This document shows positions 1 through 9,151 of a stretch of 11,794 bases of DNA, piece by piece. Both the position numbers and the translations under genes were made by a program. How positions within the stretch are numbered: position 1 is the first letter of the stretch; each line of letters opens with the position of its first letter. This stretch comes from Candidatus Poribacteria bacterium (lineage in GTDB: Bacteria > Poribacteria > WGA-4E > UBA9662), in the NCBI GenBank assembly GCA_036339735.1, contig JAYZAL010000029.1, positions 1-11,794 on the forward strand, read 5' to 3'. The notes under the pieces were generated by a model. The model searched no databases, was not told the origin of the DNA, and worked only from the letters and a program-made list of their open reading frames with translations.

Positions 1-696
1 TACATCTTCGGGTTGCCCAGGGCGGTACATAAAAATGTAACCTTTATCTGCAGCCTCAACGTAATCGGGAACTCTCACCCTAGCCAAATCTGTGTCAGTA
101 ACACCAGCATCAACACCATTGACTTTGATACCTTCTTCGGCGAGCCGTCCTGCGAAAGTTCGCATACTCATTTCTAAACCTGATTTAGAGATACAGTAGG
201 CAGCTCGATTGTCAGAGGCCACTTGGCTAGAAATAGAAAGAGTGAAAACAATCGCACCTCTTATACTGTGATCAATCATATAATTGGCTACACGCTGAGT
301 GAGAAAATGAGGCCCCCTCAGATTGGTATTCATTACAATATCGTAATCTGCAACTTTTTCCGCTAATATGTCAGAAACTCTAGTAATACCAGCATTATTA
401 ATCAAGATATCAACTGACCCCAATGTTTCAACTGTGTATTGAACTAATTTTTCGTGATCAGAAATCTTACCTACATCGGCCTGAATAATTTCAGAACGAC
501 GTCCCATTTGATGAATAAGCCGCTGAACTTCGATAGCCGCATCTCGGTTGCTATTATAATTGATCAGCAAATTGCAGCCTTTCCGAGCAAGTTCTAAGGC
601 GATGGCACGGCCAATGCCACGGCTACCACCAGTCACGATGGCATTTTTCCCGGAAAACGACACAGGATTTGCAAAAAACCCCAAATCACTTGACAT
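1..696 (-). CDS. SDR family NAD(P)-dependent oxidoreductase (FabG-like), 3' end beyond the window
   Basis: Not in the ORF track; translated by hand from ATG at 696: MSSDLGFFANPVSFSGKNAIVTGGSRGIGRAIALELARKG...DILINNAGIT...TLSISS...AAYCISKSGL...IKVNGVDAGVTDTDL...RPGQPEDV, open to position 1. It has TGxxxGIG, NNAG, the catalytic Ser and YxxxK. A GAGGT Shine-Dalgarno overlaps the upstream TGA. Confidence 0.95.
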   Translation of the reverse strand, partial: MSSDLGFFANPVSFSGKNAIVTGGSRGIGRAIALELARKGCNLLINYNSNRDAAIEVQRLIHQMGRRSEIIQADVGKISDHEKLVQYTVETLGSVDILINNAGITRVSDILAEKVADYDIVMNTNLRGPHFLTQRVANYMIDHSIRGAIVFTLSISSQVASDNRAAYCISKSGLEMSMRTFAGRLAEEGIKVNGVDAGVTDTDLARVRVPDYVEAADKGYIFMYRPGQPEDV

Positions 697-705
697 ATAA
701 TTACC

Positions 706-2097
706 TCATCTGGGCAGAATTTCGACGACGACCCGTCGATAGTTATACAGGCAAGGCTTTCCATTATCCTTGACTTCCAAGACAATATGTATCGTCTCAG
801 GTTCTTGAACGGAAGGTGCCATAAAGCTAGCCTTAATTTCGGAGTGATTTTGAATGTCAATCTTCTGCTTCAGACTACCAACTTCTTGGTATTGAAACCA
901 ACAGGCGGCAATGGCGTCCCCATCTGGGTCAGCCGAGCCTTCAGCACTTAGCTCAACCATTTGACCTGATTGAACTGTCAAGTGAACTACGCCGCGACTA
1001 ACATCACCAGCGAAACCTGCGATTGGGTTATGGTTCGCTGATTCAAAATTATCAGTGTTACTCCAATCAATACGAGCAGCAAAATCGTGTTGGTACGCTT
1101 CTCTCCAACGCCAGATGGTAGCCTGGTTGGTTTGGTATATTTTACCGTCGTGGCCAAGTACCTGATCAGTGGTATCCGTCCATATAGGACGAGTTTCTTT
1201 CTGGTAATGCCATGGCATTTGATCAGGGGTATACAGTTCATAACGCCCTCCCCAACTTCCATAATTAGGCAATTCTGGTACACCTAAACCATTTGGAATT
1301 AGGTACAAAAAAGTAGGAGTATCCCCTTCCATCAAAAATTTGGTCTGTGGGTGTAAGGCTCCCAATGGTCCGTGATTATATCGGATATGTTGATCTAGCC
1401 AGAGGTTATCGACAAGCTCAAAGTCAGCACCAGAAAAACGTCCATGAAATTTATCTCCGGAGATACCCACCCAAGTTGAATGATGATAGCCACCTGCACC
1501 ATTTTCTTCGTAACCTGGGCTAACTATATAGAACAAATTAGGAAATTCTTGCCGAATCCAAGGCGCACTATTATCTTGATCCGAGATCGTATAAACTCGT
1601 AATTTAGCAACAAACTTGTCAACTTCTACAACAGATCGTGTTTGACGAATTTCCCATAACGCCTGGGCTAAACAATTAACTCCTCCCCAAACACAAATCC
1701 ACACCGGTCGTGGATCTGGTTTATCGACTGCATCGATTATCAGTTGAGAACCTGCTGATGATTTACCTTGGCCAACTCCATCCATACCGTAGATGGGAAT
1801 TCCCGTCGTAGTGAGGTTTAACAGGGATGAGGCTGTTGGGTAATATGGAGCATGGTGTAGCAAATTGTCTCTTACTTGCCCATAGGCTTGAATTCTCTCT
1901 ATAATTTGCTCTGGCGCAACTCGGTCCCGAAGCCAACAGGAGGTTGTGGCTACCAGCCCCTCAATATCAAACTCATTAGAGTAACATAGGAAACGAACCA
2001 TAGATTGTTCATCGTCAGGTTCATTAGTAATGTCAGTTAAGACAATTACCCTAGAGCGTTGGGTTTGTTGAATCTGCATTTTTAAATATTCTAACAC
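706..2097 (-). CDS. DUF1593 / Sde0182-like nucleoside hydrolase-like protein with C-terminal Ig/PKD-like domain
   Basis: Family motifs RVIVLTDITNEPDDEQSMVRFLCYSNEFDIEGLVATTS, DPRPVWICVWGG, KLRVYTISDQD, MEGDTPTFLYLIPNGL, WGGRY, TIWRWREAYQHDFAARIDW and the C-terminal SADPDGD...HIVLEVKDNGKP..YRRVVV. The start may be GTG 2097 or ATG 2079. Confidence 0.88.
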   Translation of the reverse strand: MLEYLKMQIQQTQRSRVIVLTDITNEPDDEQSMVRFLCYSNEFDIEGLVATTSCWLRDRVAPEQIIERIQAYGQVRDNLLHHAPYYPTASSLLNLTTTGIPIYGMDGVGQGKSSAGSQLIIDAVDKPDPRPVWICVWGGVNCLAQALWEIRQTRSVVEVDKFVAKLRVYTISDQDNSAPWIRQEFPNLFYIVSPGYEENGAGGYHHSTWVGISGDKFHGRFSGADFELVDNLWLDQHIRYNHGPLGALHPQTKFLMEGDTPTFLYLIPNGLGVPELPNYGSWGGRYELYTPDQMPWHYQKETRPIWTDTTDQVLGHDGKIYQTNQATIWRWREAYQHDFAARIDWSNTDNFESANHNPIAGFAGDVSRGVVHLTVQSGQMVELSAEGSADPDGDAIAACWFQYQEVGSLKQKIDIQNHSEIKASFMAPSVQEPETIHIVLEVKDNGKPCLYNYRRVVVEILPR

Positions 2098-2178
2098 TCT
2101 CTTTTGGTCCTTGGATCACTAAATTAGACGACGAATGTTCTTTCTACTAAACTCATTCAAAGAAGTAAAAATACAGGT

Positions 2179-3987
2179 TTAGGGATAGAGGTCCAAGGTA
2201 CTTAACCAACGGGTTTTATGATCATTTGTGATACTTGACCGAGATAGATCCAGCGGTCGTCCGCGTGTATCTACCACGAGTCCAACAACTCCACCTGTAA
2301 CTACTTTTTCCACGGCTACACCTCCACCTGCACCTAGGTCAAAATGTCTATCAGGTTGTAGGTGTACATGCGCAGTTTCTCCAACTGGCAGTGGATAACA
2401 ATGGATTTCGTTGGCGGAAATTTCTTCTTCCACTTTACCACTCGGTAAATCAACCATGATTTTCAGCTTACCTTCCGAACCAATTGGGGCAATACAAGAT
2501 CCTAGGTGGATTAGGCAGTCTTGCTTAAATACTTGTGTTGCCGCTTCGGGGTTCACTTGTGCTAATACACCCAATTGAGGCATCATAAAGATACTATCTA
2601 CGGCTAACTGGGTAACTCCTTCTGGTTGGAAGGCATCCATCATAATGATCATGGCTTGTTGTCTACGTGGCGCGTGAGATAGTACACCACCGCTACCTAC
2701 TAACAGATCTAGCGCCATTAGATCAACTAATGTTTGGCCTGACTCGGTCTGGTCAAATGCATCAGAGATGGTCCGTTGCTGCTGAACTCCCCGGAGCTCG
2801 ACAGCTAAGTCTTTATGTTGCTCAAAAGCTAGGCGTAGGGCCTCTCTAGCTATAGCTTGTTCCAAAATCAGATCAGAAACGGTTTGGGGTATGGTAGTCG
2901 GTCGAATCATCTTGTTCTTAATTTGGTTGCCAATTTCAGTAGAACCCGCTTCGACATATTGAACTGGTAACCAGCGCAGGATTTGGTCTAGTCCTGCCTC
3001 AGCAACCACATTAGAAATGCTGTAACTCATTCCCAGATTAGCACTAACTGTTCGATTGAAAACGGGAACATCATCACGGTTACGGAAAACCGAGAATACG
3101 TCAGTTGTAGCACCACCAATATCAACTCCAACCACCTGAATGTTATCTTGCTCAGCGATAGTCTGCATGATTGAACCAACTGCACCTGGTGTGGGCATGA
3201 TCGGCACATCAGCCCAAGACATCAGCTTTTTATAGCCAGGAGCATGTGCCATTACATGCTCCAAGAATTGATCTTGAATCTTCATACGAGTTGGCATCAG
3301 ATTTTCTTCTTCCAATACAGGTCGCAGGTTGTCAACCATTTCCAAGGACATCTTATCTGACAAACTTTCAGAGACAATATGTCGGGCATCTTTATTGCCG
3401 GAGTAAATAACAGGCAACTGATAAGAGAGACCTAATCGTGGTTGCGGATTAGCCGCTGATAATATTTCTGCCATTTCCGCAACGTGTGTGGTAGTGCCAC
3501 CGTCGGTCCCACCTGAGAGTAAGATCATGTCTGGTCTCAACTGGCGAATTCGTTCAATTTTCTGGTAAGGCAAACGTCCATCATTGGTAGCGATTACATC
3601 CATTACAATGGCACCAGCGCCTAAAGCTGCGCGTTCTGCGCTCTCAGCTGTAAGGTTGCGAACAACCCCGGCGACCATCATCTGTAACCCTCCCCCGGCG
3701 CTACTGGTAGAAATGTAAAGATCTACCCCTTGGTCTGCAATTTGCGGTTTAATAATCTGTTGATTGTCATCAAGTATTCGTCGACCAGATAATTCTTGTA
3801 CTTCGGTTATGGCATTGATCACACCAACAGTCACATCTTCTACCGGAGATTCGACTGTGGTGGGGGCCTCACCGCGAACGGATAATTGGTAATTACCATT
3901 CGCCTGCAGCTCGATCAGAATTGCTTTCGTCGTTGTACTACCACAATCAGTAGCTAAAATTGACTGGATGTTATGGTTCGTGGACAC
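2179..3987 (-). CDS. Glutamate mutase L (GlmL/MutL)-family protein, actin-like (ASKHA) ATPase fold
   Basis: Phosphate-loop motifs ILATDCGSTTTK and GVDIGGATTDVFS, plus TSSAGGGL, SAERAALGAGA, PDMILLSGGTDGG, IMPTPGAV, FNRTVSANLGMSYS and GSGGVLSHAP. This is the 600-aa long form ending GGVVGLVVDTRGRP. Confidence 0.88.
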   Translation of the reverse strand: MSTNHNIQSILATDCGSTTTKAILIELQANGNYQLSVRGEAPTTVESPVEDVTVGVINAITEVQELSGRRILDDNQQIIKPQIADQGVDLYISTSSAGGGLQMMVAGVVRNLTAESAERAALGAGAIVMDVIATNDGRLPYQKIERIRQLRPDMILLSGGTDGGTTTHVAEMAEILSAANPQPRLGLSYQLPVIYSGNKDARHIVSESLSDKMSLEMVDNLRPVLEEENLMPTRMKIQDQFLEHVMAHAPGYKKLMSWADVPIMPTPGAVGSIMQTIAEQDNIQVVGVDIGGATTDVFSVFRNRDDVPVFNRTVSANLGMSYSISNVVAEAGLDQILRWLPVQYVEAGSTEIGNQIKNKMIRPTTIPQTVSDLILEQAIAREALRLAFEQHKDLAVELRGVQQQRTISDAFDQTESGQTLVDLMALDLLVGSGGVLSHAPRRQQAMIIMMDAFQPEGVTQLAVDSIFMMPQLGVLAQVNPEAATQVFKQDCLIHLGSCIAPIGSEGKLKIMVDLPSGKVEEEISANEIHCYPLPVGETAHVHLQPDRHFDLGAGGGVAVEKVVTGGVVGLVVDTRGRPLDLSRSSITNDHKTRWLSTLDLYP

Positions 3988-4008
3988 TGTGGGTTTGATT
4001 TCTGGATT

Positions 4009-4320
4009 TTACGAACTAGAAGAATCAAACTGATTTTCTCTATCGCTTTCTTCAATCAACTGAATTAGTCGTTCTATATTATTGTCTTGCTCAATGATAA
4101 GAGCAAATTTTTGAAAGTCGGCGGTGTTAAATATGGCTTGCACAAATGGATTGAGTGCGATCATCATCTGGCCTCCAATTAGGTGTAAGGGTTTACACAT
4201 CTCTAGAGTCAGAATAGCAGGAGCAGTGAGTCTGCGACGAACAACAAAAGTTGCGACTTTTTGCAATATAGCCTGTTGTTCATCTAGTGGGATTTCGTCA
4301 ATGATGAATGGAGTTTCCAT
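4009..4320 (-). CDS. Small hypothetical protein, probably conserved
   Basis: 103-aa ORF packed between its neighbours (7-bp and 21-bp gaps). Helical and partly hydrophobic core: VVRRRLTAPAILTLEMCKPLHLIGGQMMIALNPFVQAIF. Confidence 0.8.
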   Translation of the reverse strand: METPFIIDEIPLDEQQAILQKVATFVVRRRLTAPAILTLEMCKPLHLIGGQMMIALNPFVQAIFNTADFQKFALIIEQDNNIERLIQLIEESDRENQFDSSSS

Positions 4321-4327
4321 TGGAATC

Positions 4328-7300
4328 CTATTTTAGGATAATCATCTTTTTCAACCGATTATCTGAGCTAGAATTATCCAGACCCATTGAGGATGGATAA
4401 TCCACTACCTCAATTTGGTAAAAATACAAGCCACTACTAACTTGTTCGCCCTGACCGTTGCGACCATCCCAGTGAGCTGCTCGATCTCTATTGTAGTAAG
4501 TTCCTGCGACTTGATGCCCAAGCCTAAGTTGTCGGATCGGATCTCCATCAGAATTGAAAAGGTTCATAACCACAAAACCATCATTAGCTAATTGATAAGG
4601 AATCCAGGTTTCTGGGTTGAACGGGTTAGGATAATTCTGTAGTAGACGAGTCTGATCAGGCAAAGGCTGCCAGCTTACGGAATGGTAACTGACTGCACGT
4701 TGTAAATCCTGATCTGACAAAATGACTGTAACCGGTTCGAAAGCCGTTCGACCATCATCGGTTAAAGCGCGAAGTCTTATTTGATCTCCAATTGCAACTA
4801 CGGGGCGTCGATTTAAATCAACAAAACTTGCTAGAGCACGAGATCCACTATCAACAGGCAAAATCAGGTTTTGGCTAGTTCTTAAATTGGTAACCTCAAT
4901 GGCTGACGCAGACATTAAAACGTTTGTGTCCAATGCCATAACAAATGCCCAAAAAGGTTGACTAAATTCTTTGTCTATCCAAACTGGAGCTGCTGCCGGT
5001 TTAGTAGAATTATCCCAAACCGTTCCGGCAAGCGTCATTTCTTGTGTAGCTAATACGTTGACAATGTAACCAACACCACCTTCTAAGTCAAAAGACTCAC
5101 TGACTGACAAGCCGGGGATATATGGAACAAACGTTTGGGCATCCACATCAAATCTCATGATCAGAGTTGCATTGATTTTTTTTGCTAAAATCTCAGCCGT
5201 CATACCATCAATCGGTTGAACAGGAAGGGATATAAAATTTAGCCCTTTTTGTAATTGAATAGTAAACTGACCAGTTGGCTTTGTAGTAAAATAGGATTCC
5301 TCAGAGAAGGAAGACCACATACCTTCAGCATCTTGATAACGAACTCTCCAGTAATAAGTTTGATTCAGCTCGATTAACTTCTTAACGCGGATCTGAACTA
5401 AATTTTGAGTATCTCTGCCGCTATCGAAAACGAGGACCTCGTAGTTGCCAGGCATAGACGTTATTTGCCATTGAGATGCTCGGTGTTGGTTGAGTGGGTT
5501 CGGGTCAGAGAAATCCGACCCTCGTAGTTGAACGCCCTCACCACTTTCTAGTTGTAAGCGGGCTACTTGGTGGTCCCTGAAGGGCAGGCTGATCGGCCTG
5601 TTAGGTGGTCGTGCTAGCTGAGCTTCAGCTGGCGTTTTAAACAAATTCGTTCTCTTAACTGAAGTCGTTTGGTCATTTGCCGTAGCCCGTAAACGAAGGG
5701 TATAGTTGCCATCCGGCAGCTGATCTGTATCCCAGATAGCTAACGGAATATCTGAAGAAACATTAGCTTGTCCATCAATAATAGTAGTCCAACCATCTGT
5801 TGCATTAGAACCAGGAGCAAATTCCAATAGCCAATTGATTACACCTTGGCTCACCTCAGCTACTCCCAGTACTTCGATTTTTCCCATTAGTTGGATGTCA
5901 TCAACAGGAGCAACTAAATTTACAGTTGGCAACGAAGTCATATATTTGACTGTTTTACTATCAGATATACGAATATTTCCAGCGTTATCTGTGGCACGTG
6001 CACGGAAATCTAGCAAAACATCGTCAGTCGGTGGAGTGAAAGCATACTGCCAATCAGTTAATTGTGGATTGAAGTTGGGATTACTAGTATCATCAACTAG
6101 GACCCATCCAAATCCACTATCGATCTCAATCCTTCTCACACCAGAAAAGGTGTCCGCCACTTTGCCCGACAAGTAAATTTGACCTTCATGAAAGTTTGCT
6201 CTAGAGGCTGGGGATAAAATTTCGATTCTTGGGGCATCATTGTCAATAATCAATGTATTCGAAGAAACTGTTGAATAGTTGCCAGTTTCATCCCTAATCT
6301 CTAGGTTAAGATAAGTACTTGCTACACCTGTAAAGTCCCGTCCTGGGATATAGCCACTAATAGTGCCATCAGCTAAGACTTCAACTTGTTCGGTAAATTT
6401 AACTGCCAAGTCTCCTGCGTATAATGTTATCGCTGTCACTTCAGCTCCAACTTCTGTAGTACCACTTACCATCATTTTTGCATCATTTCGGATAAAACGA
6501 ACACCTTCATCGTCGAAATCTGACTCTAGGCCCGCACCAGAAATAATTGCTGAGGCCTGAGGTGGTGTGTTGTCAACCTTGACATTGATACTTTTCACGA
6601 CAGTTATGACATTAGTGTCAGTTACACGGAGTCGTAGCTGGTAGTCTCCATCTACAACTTGAGTTGTGTCCCACTGACCCAATTGACTCATTTGAGGCGG
6701 TTGGTTAGAAAATTGAATCGGGGTGAAATTTGCTGGTTCCAATCCGGCCACAGAATAGTCAAGCGTCCAGCTTTGAAGATTGGATCCTTCAGCCCTTCCA
6801 AGAATTGTGACTACACCGAGAATTCTCCGAATTTCTGTTGTTTGTTTCGCTTCATCTTCGATACTTTTCTGATCAGGCAGACGAATTTGAGATTGAATGT
6901 GATTGGCTAGGACGACCGGTTTAGAGATAGCTGTATCAGAAAGTCGAGGTAAAATGTAGGCTTCTACCGATTCTAATACGGCCTCATCAGTTGAACCGCC
7001 AACTGCGTAGATAGTACGACCAATAGAAACAAGGCCATGATACCGTCGGGCGGTCGGCATAGGAGCTGCTGTTGACCAGGTATCAGTAGCGGGGTGGTAG
7101 ACCTCAACGGTGTTCAACACCCTCGTTCCATCATGCCCACCAATAACGTATATTTTATCCCCAACGACTGTTGCAGCAACTCCGTATCGTGCTGTGGGCA
7201 TTGACTTGATTGTTCTCCAAACATCCCGGTTGGGGTCATACATTTCCACAGTTGCCAAATAACCATTGCTGTGTCCGCCGATAGCATAAATTTTTTGCCC

Positions 7301-8188
7301 CAAAGTTACAGCTGCAAAAGATTGACGTACCGTATTCATTGGAGCTTTAGTTTCCCAAAGGTCTTGTGCTATATTGTACGCCTCATTGCTGCGAACCAGC
7401 GAGCTGCCATCATCTCCACCTAGTACATAAATTACATCGTTGACTAGAACTGCGGACAATGCTTTACGAGCGGTCGGCATGGGTTGTACCATCTGTACCG
7501 ATTCAGGTTGGAAAGATACAAACTCGTTAGTTGTTAGTCGGGTTTTTCCATCATACCCACCAATCAAGTAGATGCCGCTATTATGAGTAACGGCAGCCAA
7601 ATCGATCCGAGCTGAAACAGGCAAGGCTGTTGCTGGCTGCCAAGTATTTACTGTGGGGTTGTATTCTTCACTGTTAGCCAGTTTGCCACGATTATGGCCA
7701 CGAATAGCAATTATCTTTCCGTTCCAGACAACCACATTAGGAAATGCTCTGGGGTTTTCTAGAGGCGCTACGGATTGCCAAGTCCCCCCCAAACCAATTT
7801 CTGTATCATAAACCTGCATGCGAAATAGTAATGCAGGAAGGTATGCTCCAGATGGACTGTTGAGACCTAAGCGTGTATCCCACTCTAAGATATGCTGACC
7901 CGCTGGCTTCGGCGCATTGTTGAAAATAGCAGTTTCATCGATTAGTATCCAAGTAGCACCGCCGTCAGTACTATACTTCCAACCTCCTGTCGACAACTGC
8001 TTTCCTTCTGCATCAGCAGTTGTATAATGGATTTTCAGGATCCCATTATTTCCTTCGATACGATCAATAGTCAATAATGGCACATCCGAAGCATCAGCTT
8101 CCGGAGTGAAAAAGAAAAAAAAGAGTCCTATGATACCAACAGTAAAATAGAGCCAAATTGTAGTTTTTGCAGAATTGTCCGCCCTCAT
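4328..8188 (-). CDS. Large secreted multidomain protein: signal peptide, six Kelch repeats, several Ig-like domains, FN3-like domain, C-terminal FlgD-Ig/T9SS-A-like sorting domain
   Basis: Hydrophobic N-terminus ending ADA. Six Kelch blades (e.g. WSTAAPMPTARRYHGLVSIGRTIYAVGG) at ~6944-7783. Repeated WDT..DG.Y.LRLR Ig-like units, an FN3-like TYYWRVRYQD..G.WS segment, and a C-terminal LLQNYPNPFNPETWIPYQLA...WDGRN..GE.VSSGLYFYQI...KMIILK. Confidence 0.9.
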   Translation of the reverse strand: MRADNSAKTTIWLYFTVGIIGLFFFFFTPEADASDVPLLTIDRIEGNNGILKIHYTTADAEGKQLSTGGWKYSTDGGATWILIDETAIFNNAPKPAGQHILEWDTRLGLNSPSGAYLPALLFRMQVYDTEIGLGGTWQSVAPLENPRAFPNVVVWNGKIIAIRGHNRGKLANSEEYNPTVNTWQPATALPVSARIDLAAVTHNSGIYLIGGYDGKTRLTTNEFVSFQPESVQMVQPMPTARKALSAVLVNDVIYVLGGDDGSSLVRSNEAYNIAQDLWETKAPMNTVRQSFAAVTLGQKIYAIGGHSNGYLATVEMYDPNRDVWRTIKSMPTARYGVAATVVGDKIYVIGGHDGTRVLNTVEVYHPATDTWSTAAPMPTARRYHGLVSIGRTIYAVGGSTDEAVLESVEAYILPRLSDTAISKPVVLANHIQSQIRLPDQKSIEDEAKQTTEIRRILGVVTILGRAEGSNLQSWTLDYSVAGLEPANFTPIQFSNQPPQMSQLGQWDTTQVVDGDYQLRLRVTDTNVITVVKSINVKVDNTPPQASAIISGAGLESDFDDEGVRFIRNDAKMMVSGTTEVGAEVTAITLYAGDLAVKFTEQVEVLADGTISGYIPGRDFTGVASTYLNLEIRDETGNYSTVSSNTLIIDNDAPRIEILSPASRANFHEGQIYLSGKVADTFSGVRRIEIDSGFGWVLVDDTSNPNFNPQLTDWQYAFTPPTDDVLLDFRARATDNAGNIRISDSKTVKYMTSLPTVNLVAPVDDIQLMGKIEVLGVAEVSQGVINWLLEFAPGSNATDGWTTIIDGQANVSSDIPLAIWDTDQLPDGNYTLRLRATANDQTTSVKRTNLFKTPAEAQLARPPNRPISLPFRDHQVARLQLESGEGVQLRGSDFSDPNPLNQHRASQWQITSMPGNYEVLVFDSGRDTQNLVQIRVKKLIELNQTYYWRVRYQDAEGMWSSFSEESYFTTKPTGQFTIQLQKGLNFISLPVQPIDGMTAEILAKKINATLIMRFDVDAQTFVPYIPGLSVSESFDLEGGVGYIVNVLATQEMTLAGTVWDNSTKPAAAPVWIDKEFSQPFWAFVMALDTNVLMSASAIEVTNLRTSQNLILPVDSGSRALASFVDLNRRPVVAIGDQIRLRALTDDGRTAFEPVTVILSDQDLQRAVSYHSVSWQPLPDQTRLLQNYPNPFNPETWIPYQLANDGFVVMNLFNSDGDPIRQLRLGHQVAGTYYNRDRAAHWDGRNGQGEQVSSGLYFYQIEVVDYPSSMGLDNSSSDNRLKKMIILK

Positions 8189-8274
8189 CGGTTAAAAATC
8201 CCCAAATTTAGAGTCAGTTCGCCAGCAAATTGTATCGTCTTTAATTAAACTTTCTGTCGGAAACATACGGGCCT

Positions 8275-8303
8275 ACAATAGCATAGTTGGTTCGTTTTTG
8301 CAA
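8275..8303 (-). promoter_or_regulatory. Putative sigma70-type promoter for the Kelch-protein gene cluster
   Basis: The minus strand reads TTGCAA-17 bp-TATTGT with an extended -10 (TGc TATTGT), ~87 bp upstream of the ATG at 8188. Confidence 0.5.
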
Positions 8304-8509
8304 GCCATTAGCCTCTCCACTGCCCTCGGTCTTTTTGTTGATATCTATTACTTGTTTAGAATGTGAAACAGAAAAATAGTTGGCCTGTAGCTTGGGAAAA
8401 TATTAATTAAAGTGGAGAGTTACACGAAGGTAAATGCCCTGAGCATAACATGAGATAGGTAGTTATTTGATGCAAGATTGGGAGTGGCCTTAGAATAAGA
8501 ACCTCAATT

Positions 8510-8941
8510 TTAATGTGATTCTGATTGGTCTGGTGAACTGGTACAAGTTAGTGCCTCTTGAATTTGAGGGAAACTTTGAGGTCGCCCCCGATCGTTTAGC
8601 GAAGTCGCCGTAAAAATAGAACTTAGTATCAAACGCTGATCGTTACGATTGTAAATATCTTGGTGAAATTGGTAGCGGATCTTGGATGTTTGATGTATAT
8701 TGAGGCCAATCCAGAATTGGTCTCCGGATTTGAGTGGCCAACGATAATCAAGCTCTGCGCGGGTGACTACCAAGGTAATGCCTTGTTGGAACAGAAGTGA
8801 AAAATCTAAACCAACAGTTTTAAGAAATTGATGTCGAGCATGTTCTAGGTAGTTTTGATATACTGAATTGTTTACAATCCCTTGTAAGTCACACTCATAG
8901 TCTCGAACCAAGAAATCAATCTTAAATAGGTAATTTTTCAT
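8510..8941 (-). CDS. Acyl-CoA thioesterase, 4HBT/YbgC (hotdog fold) family
   Basis: Motif VRDYECDLQGIVNNSVYQNYLEHAR (D-x-x-G-x-V-x-N-x-x-Y) and LVVTRAELDYRWPLKSGD; 143 aa. Confidence 0.92.
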   Translation of the reverse strand: MKNYLFKIDFLVRDYECDLQGIVNNSVYQNYLEHARHQFLKTVGLDFSLLFQQGITLVVTRAELDYRWPLKSGDQFWIGLNIHQTSKIRYQFHQDIYNRNDQRLILSSIFTATSLNDRGRPQSFPQIQEALTCTSSPDQSESH

Positions 8942-9106
8942 TATCTAAACATCCATCACTACGATCTAATTTTCTCATATTTAGGCTAAATCTTACCAGA
9001 CAGAAAAAGTAAATTTCCAGCTATGCGTTTGGGGGGTGTTAATCGCTGAAAACAAAATAGCCTTGGTTATTGAGGGGATTTGTCATATGAAAACACACAG
9101 ACATAC

Positions 9107-9135
9107 TTGACGATACAAATCTAACACGCTATTAT
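9107..9135 (+). promoter_or_regulatory. Sigma70-type promoter of tmRNA
   Basis: TTGACG (9107-9112), 17-bp spacer, TATTAT (9130-9135), ending 16 bp before the mature tmRNA 5' end. Confidence 0.75.
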
Positions 9136-9151
9136 TATTTTTGTTAATTAT

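Noticed and set aside
633-860. 75-aa minus-strand ORF
   Set aside because: It overlaps the DUF1593 and SDR genes in another frame and has no recognisable motif.
987-1287. ORFs 987-1283 (-) and 1087-1287 (+)
   Set aside because: Both lie wholly within the DUF1593 gene; shadow ORFs.
2667-3209. ORFs 2667-2849 (+) and 3027-3209 (-)
   Set aside because: Short ORFs nested in the GlmL-family gene with no protein-like features.
2179-3987. DNA mismatch repair MutL
   Set aside because: Name collision only. The motifs are ASKHA-type GlmL, not the GHKL ATPase of repair MutL.
4124-4336. 70-aa plus-strand ORF
   Set aside because: Antisense to the 103-aa gene, which fits the operon spacing better.
5835-6910. 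Three plus-strand ORFs (113, 65, 83 aa)
   Set aside because: Antisense shadows of the 1286-aa gene.
7784-8122. Homopolymers C7 (7784-7790) and A8 (8115-8122) as phase-variation tracts
   Set aside because: Both are short, the frame is intact, and they are explained by Gly-Gly and poly-Phe codons. Read-level length variation would be needed.
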